From positions 448,001 through 512,000 of the forward strand of contig JBGANV010000003.1 in assembly GCA_044222185.1 (NCBI GenBank): a DNA stretch of 64,000 bases, read 5' to 3'. This DNA is from Planctomycetota bacterium (GTDB taxonomy: Bacteria; Planctomycetota; GCA-002687715; CAIWVZ01). The translations under genes and the position numbers were made by a program. Below are positions 9,967 through 20,345 of the stretch, piece by piece. The stretch's first letter is position 1; the number at the start of each line of letters is the position of its first letter. The notes below the pieces were generated by a model. It was not told the DNA's origin. It made no database searches and worked only from the letters and a program-made list of their open reading frames with translations.

Positions 9967-12648
9967 ATGAGTGATGCGTTTTCCTGGCGGAGCCATGCGG
10001 CGATCGACCGCTCGATGACCCTTCTGTTCGCGGTGTTCGCGGTGCTGACGCACGTTGCGACGTCCCAATGCCCGGTTGCATTCGGACAACTCTCCGCGTC
10101 AGGCCTGCCCGGTCCCGCGAATGCAGTCGTCGAGTTCGATGACGGACGCGGGCCCGCATATTGGGTGGGCACATCCGGGGGCGTCGCACGGTGGGATGGC
10201 GCCACGTGGTCGTCCATCACATGCGTCGATCCGTCCGGTGTCCTGGCGGGTGTGGTGAATGCACTGGCGGTTCATGATGACGGCACCGGGCCTGCGCTCT
10301 ACGCGGGCGGGATGTTCTCGAGCATCGGCGGCGTCGCGGCGAACTCCATCGCGAAGTGGAACGGAACGACGTGGTCGCCGCTCGCGGGTGGGATTCCACA
10401 GCCAGGATTCGCCGTCGCCGTGCGGGCACTCCTGTCACACAACGAAGGCCAGGGGCAGCGGCTGTTCGCTGCGGGGAGCTTCCGGACGGCTGGAACCACG
10501 GCGGTCCCAGGGCTGGCGCGATGGAACGGATCCGCATGGTCCGCGGTAGGAACGGCGACCGGCGGAGCAGCACAGATGTTCGCGCTCGCTGCGTTCCCGC
10601 CTGGGCCATCCGCGCAGCTTCACGTCGGTGGCGGGTTCAATGGCTTCGCGGGGACGGCCGCAGTGAACGTCGCCCGATGGAACGGCACTTCGTGGTCTGC
10701 GGTCGATCCAGGCGCATTCTCGGGCAGTGACTCCGTCTACGCCCTCGAGAACTATGACGACGGCAACGGCCCCCGTCTCTACGCCGGAGGACAGCTGCCT
10801 ACCTTGGGGCACATCGTGCGTCTCGTTGGAAACAGCTGGACGACGCTCGGACCGAGCCTCGGCATCAGTGCGAGCGGCGGCGTTTTTCCCAGCGTCCAGT
10901 CCCTCGCAGCCCACGGGACGGCACCAAACAGTGCTCTCTTCGTCGGCGGAGTGTTCACGAGCGCGGGCCCGGTGTCGACGCCGAACGTCGCGACCTGGAA
11001 CGGCACCTCGTGGGCCGCGGCCGGTGCAGGCCTGGACGCCATCGGGTTCTTCAGCTCGAACGTCGCGGGGCTCCGCTCGGTCTCCTCGTTGAACGGTCCC
11101 GAGGTGATCGCCACGGGATTCGTCCGGAGTTCGGGCTCGCAGGGAGTCGTCAACGTGGCGCGGTTCAGCGGAGGGTCCTGGTCCTCCGTGGGACGAGGGC
11201 TCGCGAGTTCGAGCGTCGAAAGCGTCGCCGCCATGAACGACGGAACTGGACCTGCCATCTACGCCATGGGCGCGGGGACGTGGCCTGCCGGAAACACGGC
11301 GGGTGGCGGCGTGGTCAAACTCGGCGCGTCCGGATGGGATTCCGCGTTTGGCACGGGAACGACGGGAAACGGCACGATCTCCAAGGTGATCCAACCCGCG
11401 ACGACGGGCTGGCCGCAAGTGATCGCCGCGGGCTCCTTCTTCACCATCGGAGGCGTCGCGGCGAACAACGTCGCGGCCTGGAACGGGACGAGTTGGGCGC
11501 CGCTCGGCGGCGGCTTGACCTCAGGCCCTTCAGCATCGAGCGTGCTGGTCTACGACATCGCGATGTACAACGATGGCACCGGTCTTGCGCTCTTCGCCGT
11601 GGGCCAGTTCTCGGTCGCCGGAGGACAAACGGTCAATCACATCGCGAAGTGGAACGGCACCGTGTGGAGTTCCGTCGCAGGCGGGATCGGAGGCGTCGGC
11701 GAGATCGTTCGCACACTCGAGCCGTTCACCGATGGATCGGGGACCGCTCTGTATGTCGGCGGGAACTTCACGACCGTGGGCGGACTTGGCGGAACGCCCG
11801 TCGTCACGCGGCGCGCGCTGGCTCGGCTTTCGGGAGCCGGTTGGTCGCAGGTCGGGCCAGGGATCACGACGGGCGACGTGTACGAGCTGAAGACGATCGC
11901 CGGTGTCGGTGGTTCGGACCTTTTCGTCATCGGCCAGTACACCTTCGCTAACGGCGTCGCGTCGCTGGGACGGTATCGCACCGGTAGCGTCCAACAGGTC
12001 GCAGCGCCGGCACCGTTCCCGGTACACGACGCCGCCATCTTCGACGACGGCACGGGCGCGACGACGTACGTCGGCACCACGTTCAGCCCGTTCATCGCCG
12101 GGAATCCATCGGGGCTGCTTCGACACAACGGGAGCGCCTGGGTCGTGGCGGGTCCGGGCGTCGTCGACGGCAACGTGAGCGCCGTCGACGTCCTGGACGA
12201 CGGCCACGGCCCGCGCCTGGTCTTCGGCGGTTCGTTCAATTCGGTCGGTGGGCGGTTCACCGGCCCAGTGGCGACCTACGGCGCCGAGACGCCGATCGCG
12301 TTCGTCGCGCAGAGCGCAGGAGCGGGAACGCCGACGAGCGTGACGTTCGATCGCCTCCGTTTCGCCCACGAGTACTTCGGCATCTTCAGCGTCGACATCT
12401 GCCCTGGACCCGTTGGATCCGGCCCCTATCTGGGGTTGTGCGTGCTGCCGGCGAGCATCCCATTCATCGACCTGCAGATCTCGGCCCCGATCGGAGTGAT
12501 CCCGTTCCACTTCCTCTCCAACGGTCCGACGATCACCTCGCCGCCGTTCGCACTCGCGACGGGATTCACGTTCGAGTGCCTCTGCCTCGAAGTCGTCGGC
12601 GGCACCCTCGGGTGCGTCTCTCCGGTGACCCGGTTTTCGGCTCAGTAG
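9967..12648 (+). CDS. Secreted beta-propeller repeat protein (DDGxGPALY / A[KR]WNGxxWS repeats)
   Basis: Many ~55-aa repeats with DDGTGPALYAGG.F and IAKWNGTTWS; hydrophobic signal segment. Start uncertain (9967 or 10015). Confidence 0.82.
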   Translation: MSDAFSWRSHAAIDRSMTLLFAVFAVLTHVATSQCPVAFGQLSASGLPGPANAVVEFDDGRGPAYWVGTSGGVARWDGATWSSITCVDPSGVLAGVVNALAVHDDGTGPALYAGGMFSSIGGVAANSIAKWNGTTWSPLAGGIPQPGFAVAVRALLSHNEGQGQRLFAAGSFRTAGTTAVPGLARWNGSAWSAVGTATGGAAQMFALAAFPPGPSAQLHVGGGFNGFAGTAAVNVARWNGTSWSAVDPGAFSGSDSVYALENYDDGNGPRLYAGGQLPTLGHIVRLVGNSWTTLGPSLGISASGGVFPSVQSLAAHGTAPNSALFVGGVFTSAGPVSTPNVATWNGTSWAAAGAGLDAIGFFSSNVAGLRSVSSLNGPEVIATGFVRSSGSQGVVNVARFSGGSWSSVGRGLASSSVESVAAMNDGTGPAIYAMGAGTWPAGNTAGGGVVKLGASGWDSAFGTGTTGNGTISKVIQPATTGWPQVIAAGSFFTIGGVAANNVAAWNGTSWAPLGGGLTSGPSASSVLVYDIAMYNDGTGLALFAVGQFSVAGGQTVNHIAKWNGTVWSSVAGGIGGVGEIVRTLEPFTDGSGTALYVGGNFTTVGGLGGTPVVTRRALARLSGAGWSQVGPGITTGDVYELKTIAGVGGSDLFVIGQYTFANGVASLGRYRTGSVQQVAAPAPFPVHDAAIFDDGTGATTYVGTTFSPFIAGNPSGLLRHNGSAWVVAGPGVVDGNVSAVDVLDDGHGPRLVFGGSFNSVGGRFTGPVATYGAETPIAFVAQSAGAGTPTSVTFDRLRFAHEYFGIFSVDICPGPVGSGPYLGLCVLPASIPFIDLQISAPIGVIPFHFLSNGPTITSPPFALATGFTFECLCLEVVGGTLGCVSPVTRFSAQ

Positions 12649-12828
12649 CGGAGCGTCGCGCGACGCGGTGCGCCCACGGCTGGGCCCGGGGGCGGAAGCG
12701 TCGGGCCGGGCGGGCGAAAAAAAACAGCGCATTCCATGTAAGCGGGAGCTCGGCGCCCAAAAGGCGGAGTCGGCGACGCGACACCGGCCACTGTCGTCCG
12801 GTCTCACGTCGGGAAAGCGACTCCGATC

Positions 12829-15800
12829 ATGGAACCCCGTCGACGCATACCAATCCTGCTCGTCACCGCCCTGCTGATCGCGCCGGCAGGGGCGCAGTCC
12901 CTCATCCAGCAGTTCGTCGGAGCACCGGGCGACCAGCTCGGCGCGACCGTGGGCGCGCTCGGCGACCTGGATCATGACGGCTGGAACGAGGTCATCGTGG
13001 GAAGCCCCCACGTGGGCAAGGCCGTCGTCTACAACGGTCGAACGTGGGCGGTCATGCACACCGTCACCGGCCCTGCGAGCGACCGATTCGCTGCCGTCGT
13101 CGGCAGCGCGGGTGATTTCGACGGCAATGGCACGTCCGACTTCTTCGTCTCGTCACCGGACTACTCCAGTCCGCTCGGGCAGCCGTTCGTCGGTCGCGTG
13201 CAGATCTGGTCCGGGTCTACGGGCGTTCCGCTCGCGACGATCCAGTTCGGCGTCTCCAACTCGCACTTCGGGACGTCGGTGCTCTCGATCGGCGACGTCG
13301 ACGGCGACGGAAGGAGCGAGATCGTCGTCGGCGCCGCGAACTACTTCAACAATCGGGGAACCCTCCGAGCCTACCGCGGCGGCACCGCCACCCAGTATTG
13401 GGGCTTCGACAACGCGACCAACGATCAGTTCCTCGGCACGTCGCTCGCGAGCCTGGGCGACGTGGACGGTGACGGCCGAACGGATTTCGTCGTGGGCGCA
13501 TCCGGGACGTTGACGTTTCCGTCGGCACCGGGGTTCTTCCGCGTCTACTCCAGCGCGACGCTGACCGAACTCGGCACGGAGTACGCCGCGAGCCTTCAGA
13601 CGGGCTTCGGTTCCTTCGTGGCGGGCATCGGCGACCTGGACGGCGACGGCAGGAGCGAGATCCTGGCCGGCTCCGCGCCGCTCAACGGAACGCTCCTGCC
13701 CGAGGCCCGCATCTACCGCTTCGCGGGTTTCGATCTCCTGCACGTGCTGCCAGGCCGCATCGGTGGCGCTGGCGCCGTGGGAGACCTGGATGGTGACGCT
13801 CGATCCGAGTTCATCGTCGCGAGCCCGACGGCGAACGGGAGCGGAAGCCTCGGCCTGTACTCGGGCGCGAGCTTCCTCCCCCTGCGGTCCTGGCAAGGCA
13901 CCGCCGCCGAGTCCCTGGGTGCCGCGGCCGCGGTGATCCACGGCGTTTCGGGGCCGGCCCCGCTGGCGATCGTAGGCGCACCGTTCTCGAGTGCCGGCGG
14001 CACTGCAAGCGGAGCCGCGAGAATCATCAACCTGGGGACGTACCCGGGTTCCGGGCGGGACTTCGTCCTCGGTACGGCCGTCAACCAACCGGGGGCTACG
14101 CCCGTGACGAGCGCGCGCGACGTTTTCGACCTCGGAGACACGGACGCCCTCACGCTCCGCTTCTTCTCGCCCGCGGGCACCGCGGCGCAGGATCCGCTGT
14201 ACATCGCCGTGATGCCGTTCGCGACGGGAGCCTACCCAGGGCCGACGGCCGGCTTCCCTTCGATCGCGTTGAACCTCGCGCCACAGAACCCGGTGGTGCT
14301 GCTCTCGGGCACCGCGGGTACGCCCCTCGGCGCGACGACGCTCTCGACATCGGGCTTCACGCTCTCGGCGCAGGGTTGGTGCGACCTGGGCGACACGAGC
14401 TACCTCGTCCAGGCCGCAGTGACGGACCCATCGCTTCCCGGTGGATTCGCCACGACGAACGCCGTGGAGCTCCGTGCGGCGGACTGCCCCGTGTACGTCT
14501 CGGCATCGAGCGGTTCCGATGCGAACGCCGGTGATCGCGGCACTCCCGTCGCGACGATTGCGCGTGCGCTGCAGATCGTCCAGTCGTTCGGCGTCCTTCC
14601 GAGTGGTCGTCACCGGCCGATTCGGATCGCATCTGGCGATTACACCGTCGGGGCGACGACGATCAGCATTCCCGTCGACATGCAGGGGTCGCTGAACGCG
14701 ACGACGTGGTTGCCCGAGTCGACCGTGACGACGACCTGGCACGTCCCGTCGAGCGGCGCGCGGTTCCACGGGATCACCGGCTCGTCGACGGTGAAGCGCA
14801 TCCGCTTCATCGCCGCGCCCGGCGCCGACGGAGGGACGTTCCTTTCGGTTCCAGCCGAGTCTTCCATCGCGGTTCGCGTGACGTCCTGCCCGAACGGGCC
14901 TCGCTTCGAAGGATGTGAGTTCCGCGCTGCAAACGGCGGCAACGGCCAGACCGGCTTCACGGGCTCCGCTGGCGCGCCGGGCGCTGCGGGATCCTCCGGG
15001 ATCGCCGGCTCCTTCTGCCATGGCAACGCGTTTTGCCGCGCGGCGGGTGGCGTCCACGGCTCGGGAGGGACGGCTGCCCAGGACGGCGGCGATGGCGGAA
15101 CGGGCGGGTTCTGGGCGGAGAACGGTTCGAGCGGCACGTCGGCGCCAGCCGGTGCCTGCGGTGGAGCGGGCGGTCAGTACGTCACCTGTGACAACGGCTA
15201 CTTCGGAACGAGCGGGTGCTGGGGGTCGACCGGGGCCCACGGCGGGATGGGCGGCGCCGCGCTCCTCGGCTACGCGACGGCGATCGGATTCGACGTGGGC
15301 GTTCCCGGCACGGCGGGATCCCATGGCTCGAACGGCACCGCAGGTGGCGGTGGTGGTGGCGGGTCCGGCGGAGCGGGCGGCTGCTTCGTCGGTGCGCATG
15401 GCGGCGGTGGCGGCGGCGGCGGTGCCGCCGGCATCGGCGGCTCGCCCGGTTCCGGTGGTGGCAACGGCGGTGCGTCGTTCGCCGTGTTCATCTGGGGTGC
15501 CCTCCCGACCTTCGACGGATGCCTCTTCGCCGCGGCCCAGGGTGGAAGCGGTGGCACTGGAGGATCGGGTGGCGCAGGTGGAGCCGGTGGCGTGGGCGGC
15601 ATCGGGGGCGATGGCGACATCTTCACCGTTCCGCCGTTCAACGCCGTCGTGGCCGGCGGCCCGGGCGGAAGCGGCGGTTCGGGCGGCTCCGGTGGCGCGG
15701 GCGGCGCGGGCCAGGGCGGCCACGGCGGGCCGAGCTTCTGCGTGTACCGCGCGCTCGGCGCGTTCCCCGTCCTGACGAATCCGACCTACGTCACGGGAAT

Positions 15801-15885
15801 GGGTGGCACGGGTGGCCTCGGGGGCCTCTCGGCGGGTGTTCGCGCCGGATTCGGGCAGACTGGCGCCACGGGCACGGTCTACTGA
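12829..15885 (+). CDS. Secreted FG-GAP repeat protein with a DUF1565-like segment and Gly-rich (PGRS-like) C-terminus
   Basis: Signal peptide ending AGAQ; six GD[LVF]DxDG-type repeats; VYVSASSGSDANAG...PVATIARAL; long GGxGG tract. Confidence 0.85.
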   Translation: MEPRRRIPILLVTALLIAPAGAQSLIQQFVGAPGDQLGATVGALGDLDHDGWNEVIVGSPHVGKAVVYNGRTWAVMHTVTGPASDRFAAVVGSAGDFDGNGTSDFFVSSPDYSSPLGQPFVGRVQIWSGSTGVPLATIQFGVSNSHFGTSVLSIGDVDGDGRSEIVVGAANYFNNRGTLRAYRGGTATQYWGFDNATNDQFLGTSLASLGDVDGDGRTDFVVGASGTLTFPSAPGFFRVYSSATLTELGTEYAASLQTGFGSFVAGIGDLDGDGRSEILAGSAPLNGTLLPEARIYRFAGFDLLHVLPGRIGGAGAVGDLDGDARSEFIVASPTANGSGSLGLYSGASFLPLRSWQGTAAESLGAAAAVIHGVSGPAPLAIVGAPFSSAGGTASGAARIINLGTYPGSGRDFVLGTAVNQPGATPVTSARDVFDLGDTDALTLRFFSPAGTAAQDPLYIAVMPFATGAYPGPTAGFPSIALNLAPQNPVVLLSGTAGTPLGATTLSTSGFTLSAQGWCDLGDTSYLVQAAVTDPSLPGGFATTNAVELRAADCPVYVSASSGSDANAGDRGTPVATIARALQIVQSFGVLPSGRHRPIRIASGDYTVGATTISIPVDMQGSLNATTWLPESTVTTTWHVPSSGARFHGITGSSTVKRIRFIAAPGADGGTFLSVPAESSIAVRVTSCPNGPRFEGCEFRAANGGNGQTGFTGSAGAPGAAGSSGIAGSFCHGNAFCRAAGGVHGSGGTAAQDGGDGGTGGFWAENGSSGTSAPAGACGGAGGQYVTCDNGYFGTSGCWGSTGAHGGMGGAALLGYATAIGFDVGVPGTAGSHGSNGTAGGGGGGGSGGAGGCFVGAHGGGGGGGGAAGIGGSPGSGGGNGGASFAVFIWGALPTFDGCLFAAAQGGSGGTGGSGGAGGAGGVGGIGGDGDIFTVPPFNAVVAGGPGGSGGSGGSGGAGGAGQGGHGGPSFCVYRALGAFPVLTNPTYVTGMGGTGGLGGLSAGVRAGFGQTGATGTVY

Positions 15886-15912
15886 GATTGCCTGCGCCGG
15901 ACGATCATCCAC

Positions 15913-16545
15913 TCACTCCGTGCGGAGGTCGTCGAAGACGGATCCCGGGAGGCGCTCGCGCAGCCGTGCGAGCGCCCGGTGGTAGCGAACCGACGCGGCG
16001 TTCGTCGTGATGCCGAGCTGCGCCGCCGCGTCGACGAGCTCGGCCTGCTCGATCCCCCGCAGCACGATGATCGCACGATCGTCTTGCGACAGTTCGTCGA
16101 GCGCACAGAGCACGAGGTCACGTCGCTCGGATCGGGATGCACGCGTGACGACGCCGGACGCCTCCAGAGCGGTCGGGGTGCGAATGCCTGGCGCCGACGG
16201 ATCGAGACTCACGACCTCGCGGCCATCCTTCGCGTGCTTCTGGAGAAGGTTGCCCATCACGTGTCTCAACGCCGTCGTGAGGAACCGCAGGAGCACGGGG
16301 GTGAGTCTTCCCTCCCGCTCGGGCATCTTCCCGAGCCTCGGCAACGTCACGCACCACACCTCGGCGGCGACGTCCTCCGGATCGTAGAGTGCGCGCAGCC
16401 TCGGCCCCAAACGATACTCGGCGTTCGCGCGCAGGAGCGGCGTGAAGCGGTTCACGATCCAGTTCGCGGCGTCCGAGCTGCCGCGCGCCGCGGAGCGCAG
16501 GTGGGCCGAGGTCAGGTCGGCGGCGGGATCTTCGGGGGCGGACAT
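15913..16545 (-). CDS. ECF RNA polymerase sigma factor
   Basis: Region 2 (RFTPLL...DPEDVAAEVW) and region 4 (LSQDDRAIIVLR...AAQLGITTNAASVRYHRALARLR); lies directly downstream of a kinase gene. Confidence 0.88.
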   Translation of the reverse strand: MSAPEDPAADLTSAHLRSAARGSSDAANWIVNRFTPLLRANAEYRLGPRLRALYDPEDVAAEVWCVTLPRLGKMPEREGRLTPVLLRFLTTALRHVMGNLLQKHAKDGREVVSLDPSAPGIRTPTALEASGVVTRASRSERRDLVLCALDELSQDDRAIIVLRGIEQAELVDAAAQLGITTNAASVRYHRALARLRERLPGSVFDDLRTE

Positions 16546-16580
16546 GACGGCGCGCGAGCGTACCACGCGGCCGAATCACC

Positions 16581-19500
16581 TCATGGCTTCGACCCCAGCT
16601 CCTCAGCCTCGATGATGAGTCGCTGAACGTCCGGCTCGCTTCGATCGGGGGCTCGCTTCGCCGCGTCGAGCCGTTCGAGGCCGGAATCGCGAGCCCCCTG
16701 CCTGAGCTTGACCATGGCCTGGATCACCAGATCCGCGCCCAGCGCCACGGCGTCCTTCCCGCGCAGCTTGAAGCCCTCCTCGGTGGCCAGGAACGCCGCG
16801 TCGAAGTTCCCGAGACGATACTCGACGAGAGCGAGCGTGTTGCGGAGCCCCCAGCTGTCGGGCCTGGACCGGATGGCCGACAACGCCGCCGCACGACCGG
16901 CGAGGAGTTCCTCCTGGCTCCGTCCGGGATGGAGCGCAGCACCCCAGGCGAGGTTGTTGAGCATGGACGGGTGATCACCGGCGATCCGCGCGCGTGCAGC
17001 GGCCGCCGCGCGAATCTCCGGCGGCGCCGTCGTGCACGCCAGGAGCCCTCGCTCGAGCGCATCCGACGTGACTTGGGACGCGGCCGGCTGAGTCACGATC
17101 AAACGCGCCGCACGTTCGACGAGGTCACACGCTGCGCATCCGGATGCCGGTGCTCCGGCGTCGAAGGCCGCCAGTCCCAGCGCGCCTCCGCTCGCCGACA
17201 GGTTACGCCGCGTCCAAACCAGCGACACCGGCGCCAGCCCCGCGGCGCGCAACCGCAACGGCTCACGCTCCAGACGCACGTCGAGGATGCAGACGGCGCC
17301 GTCCTCGAAGCCAACCGCCAGACGATCGTCGTCGACGGAGAACACGGCCGACGCAGCAGACGGCGTCGCGACCCGCCGCGCGCCGAGCTGCGCGCCTGAA
17401 GACGCATCCCAGACGATGACGACGCCCGACGCGTCGGCCGACGCGAGCCGGCTTCCATCGTGCGACCACGCGATGGCTCGAACGGTCGCGCGGTGCCCGC
17501 GCAACTCGCGAAGCGCGTCTCCGGAGTTCGCGTCCCAAAGCCGTACGGTCGAGTCGCGCTCGCCGTCCGGGATCGGCATCGTCGTGCCGGCAAACGCGCC
17601 GCCACCACCGGAACCCGATGCCAGGACGCGACCGCTGGGATCGAACGCCATCGCGCGGATCGCCGAGCGGTGGCCGGCGAACCGCGTCGCGCGGCGCTCG
17701 ATCCGCGAGTCGAAGGCGATGATCGCCCCGCCGGCCAGGCCTGCGCATACGCCCGACCCGTCCGGTGCCACCGCGAGGGCCGTCGCCGACTCCCGTGTCG
17801 GCGCCCGGATCCGTCCCGTGGGATCTCCGCCCGGTGTCATTCGATACAGGCCACCGCGCACGCCCGACGCGAAGACGTACGCGCCGTCGCCGGACCAGGC
17901 CACGGCTTGGAACAGATCCTCGGAAACGTAGTCGCAGGACTTCAGCGCGCCGGTCGCCGCGTCCACCACGCGGATCGAACCCCAGCCCGCGCACGCGAAC
18001 GCGTGACCATCCGGGGACGGCGCCGACGCGAACACACCGTCGGCATGGAGAGGGACCGCACGAACCTCCGGGCCCGTGCGTGGGTCGAAGATGCGGATCG
18101 AGCCGTCGGACGCTCCGACGAAGACACCGCCCAGCTCCGGCAGGAATCGGACGCACACGGCGCCATCCTGCGGCGCGCACAGCCGGCTGATCCTCACGCC
18201 GGATGCGGCGTCCAGTCGGAGGACGCCCGCGCTCCCGATCGCGAAGAGCGAATCTCCGTGGTCATCGGCGTCGATCGCCGCAGGTACGGCCGTGGTGTCC
18301 CGCGACGTCCACGTCGTCGTGCCGGTCGTGACGTCGATTCGCGAGATGGTCGCTTCGGCACTCCCCACGGCCGTGATCAGCGTTCCCCGCCCGATGAAGC
18401 TCGCGTAAGGCGCCGTGCTGCGCCAGATCTCGCTCCAGTCCGTCACGCGCATGAGGCGCGCCGTCGTTCCGCCGGAAACCAGGCACCGCGTTCCGGCCGC
18501 GTCGAACGTGATCCGCGCGACGGGGTCGTGGTCCACTCGCGATTCGTGCACGGTCTCGCCGGTGCGGCCGTCGAGGGCGACGAAGCGCCGGTCCCGGCCG
18601 TAGGCTGCCACGAGGAGCCCGTCCCGCGTGATTCCGAGCGCCTCGATCCCGGCGAGATCCGCGCGCGTCCACCGCGTCCGACCCGAACGAACCTCCACCA
18701 TCCGGACGGGGTCGGCCGTGACGAGTGCGTCGGCCAGGTCGGCCGTTGCAATCACGCGCGTCGAGGCCAGATCGTCAGTGACGGCGGACTCGAACGCCGG
18801 ATCGTCGGGGTCCACGCGCACGAGCGAGCCGTCGGCGGTTCGCGCGATCAGTCCCGTTCCCGGGCTGCCGTCGACCAGCACGGCCTGGCCCGCCCCCGGA
18901 GGGCGGACCACGCGCACGGCGCGATTCACGCTCCCGTTCAGCCACTCCCACTCGAAGCCGCGGAGATCCACCGGTGTCGATCGGAGAAAGCGCCCGGCCG
19001 AGACGTCGTCTCCGGCCTCGTGTGCGGCGAGGGCGGCCGCCAGCGCGGCCGAATACTGGAGCGGTGCCGCAGCCGCCTTCTCGGACAAGAGGTCGCGACC
19101 TCGCGCCTCCGCCTCTCGCCACCACGCGAGCGTCGTCGCCAGCCCGACGACCAACACCAGGATGGCTGCCGAAAGGCTCGCAGCGGCCGGAGGGTTTCTC
19201 TGGGCCCAGCGAAGGAGGCGGGTCAGCGATGGCGTCGGTCGCGCACGGATCGGCTCGTGCTCGCGGACGCGCCGCAAGTCCTCCGCCAACGCGAGCGCCG
19301 TGGGATAGCGAGCGTCCGGTCGCTTGGACGTCGCCGTGGAGATGACGACGGACAAGTCCCTGGAGATCGCGCGGTTCAAGAGACGCGGATCCGAGGCCTC
19401 GTCATCGAGGATGGCGCGGAACAGCGCCTCGCGATTGGCGCGTTCGTGCGGGCGTCTCCGCGTCGCGGCTTCGTAGAGCACGGCGCCGAGCGCGTAGACG

Positions 19501-20285
19501 TCCACGCGCCTGTCGTGGACTCCGCTCCCGCCCTGGATCTGCTCGGGCGCCATGTACGCCGGGGTCCCGACGCCGCAACCGGATCCCGTGAGCGTCGTGG
19601 ACGTCAGGTCCTGCGCAAGGCCGAAGTCGAGAAGCACGGGGTCGCCGGATGGCAGCACCATGATGTTGCCCGGCTTGACGTCCCGATGGACGACGCCCGC
19701 TTCGTGAGCCGCGTGGAGCGCGCGCGCCGCGGATTCGACGACTCGGATCGCGAAGGCGACGTCGGATGCGTCGGGAGGCTTGCCGGCATCCAGCCCGCGC
19801 TGGATCCGTCGCGCGAGCGTCTCGCCTTCGACGTGCCGCATGGCGATGTAGGCCATGCGCCCCGCGAACCCGGCGTCGTAAACAACGCAGATCCCCGGGT
19901 GGTCAAGCCGCGAGACGAGCTCGGCCTCACGGCGGAAACGCGCGAGCGCGGTCTCGAACCACGCCCCGGACCCCGACAGACACTTCAGCGCCACCTTGCG
20001 CCCGAGGCGCTCGTCGACGGCGAGGTGGACGACGCCCTGTCCGCCACGGCCCAACTCGCCCATCAGCGTGTAAGGGCCCACGTGGGAGTCGTCGTTGGCC
20101 AAAGGCGGCGACGGCGGCTCGCCGCCAGCGAGCTCGAGCTCGGCAAACGCTTCGGCGACGCTCTCCTGCGCGTCGGCGAAGATCTCCAGATACTCGCCGA
20201 GCGTTCGGATGCGCTGCGCCTGCCGGTCCTCGAGGTAGAGGCGGATGAACCGAAGCAGGGCAGGCTGATGGTCCTCATGGGACAT
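16581..20285 (-). CDS. Membrane Ser/Thr kinase with WD40 propellers and TPR-like C-terminus
   Basis: LGRGGQG, VALK, HRDVKPGN, DFGLA, GTPAYMAPEQ; TM segment LSAAILVLVVGLATTLAWW; GH...WD repeats; LNNLAW and NTLALVEYRLG TPR-like motifs. Confidence 0.93.
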   Translation of the reverse strand: MSHEDHQPALLRFIRLYLEDRQAQRIRTLGEYLEIFADAQESVAEAFAELELAGGEPPSPPLANDDSHVGPYTLMGELGRGGQGVVHLAVDERLGRKVALKCLSGSGAWFETALARFRREAELVSRLDHPGICVVYDAGFAGRMAYIAMRHVEGETLARRIQRGLDAGKPPDASDVAFAIRVVESAARALHAAHEAGVVHRDVKPGNIMVLPSGDPVLLDFGLAQDLTSTTLTGSGCGVGTPAYMAPEQIQGGSGVHDRRVDVYALGAVLYEAATRRRPHERANREALFRAILDDEASDPRLLNRAISRDLSVVISTATSKRPDARYPTALALAEDLRRVREHEPIRARPTPSLTRLLRWAQRNPPAAASLSAAILVLVVGLATTLAWWREAEARGRDLLSEKAAAAPLQYSAALAAALAAHEAGDDVSAGRFLRSTPVDLRGFEWEWLNGSVNRAVRVVRPPGAGQAVLVDGSPGTGLIARTADGSLVRVDPDDPAFESAVTDDLASTRVIATADLADALVTADPVRMVEVRSGRTRWTRADLAGIEALGITRDGLLVAAYGRDRRFVALDGRTGETVHESRVDHDPVARITFDAAGTRCLVSGGTTARLMRVTDWSEIWRSTAPYASFIGRGTLITAVGSAEATISRIDVTTGTTTWTSRDTTAVPAAIDADDHGDSLFAIGSAGVLRLDAASGVRISRLCAPQDGAVCVRFLPELGGVFVGASDGSIRIFDPRTGPEVRAVPLHADGVFASAPSPDGHAFACAGWGSIRVVDAATGALKSCDYVSEDLFQAVAWSGDGAYVFASGVRGGLYRMTPGGDPTGRIRAPTRESATALAVAPDGSGVCAGLAGGAIIAFDSRIERRATRFAGHRSAIRAMAFDPSGRVLASGSGGGGAFAGTTMPIPDGERDSTVRLWDANSGDALRELRGHRATVRAIAWSHDGSRLASADASGVVIVWDASSGAQLGARRVATPSAASAVFSVDDDRLAVGFEDGAVCILDVRLEREPLRLRAAGLAPVSLVWTRRNLSASGGALGLAAFDAGAPASGCAACDLVERAARLIVTQPAASQVTSDALERGLLACTTAPPEIRAAAAARARIAGDHPSMLNNLAWGAALHPGRSQEELLAGRAAALSAIRSRPDSWGLRNTLALVEYRLGNFDAAFLATEEGFKLRGKDAVALGADLVIQAMVKLRQGARDSGLERLDAAKRAPDRSEPDVQRLIIEAEELGSKP

Positions 20286-20345
20286 GGGCCACGCATCCTA
20301 ATCGCGCAGTGGCGCGATCGTCACGGTGCGGCGTGACGGAGTGCC

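Noticed and set aside
12717-12724. A-tract after a GC-rich stem as a terminator
   Set aside because: Orientation is wrong for a U-tail on either strand.
17460-20336. 958-aa plus-strand ORF, and similar long ORFs such as 13153-15912, 57343-60864, 1593-3485 and 43932-45986
   Set aside because: Antisense shadows of well-supported genes; Arg/Gly-rich, no motifs, expected at high GC.
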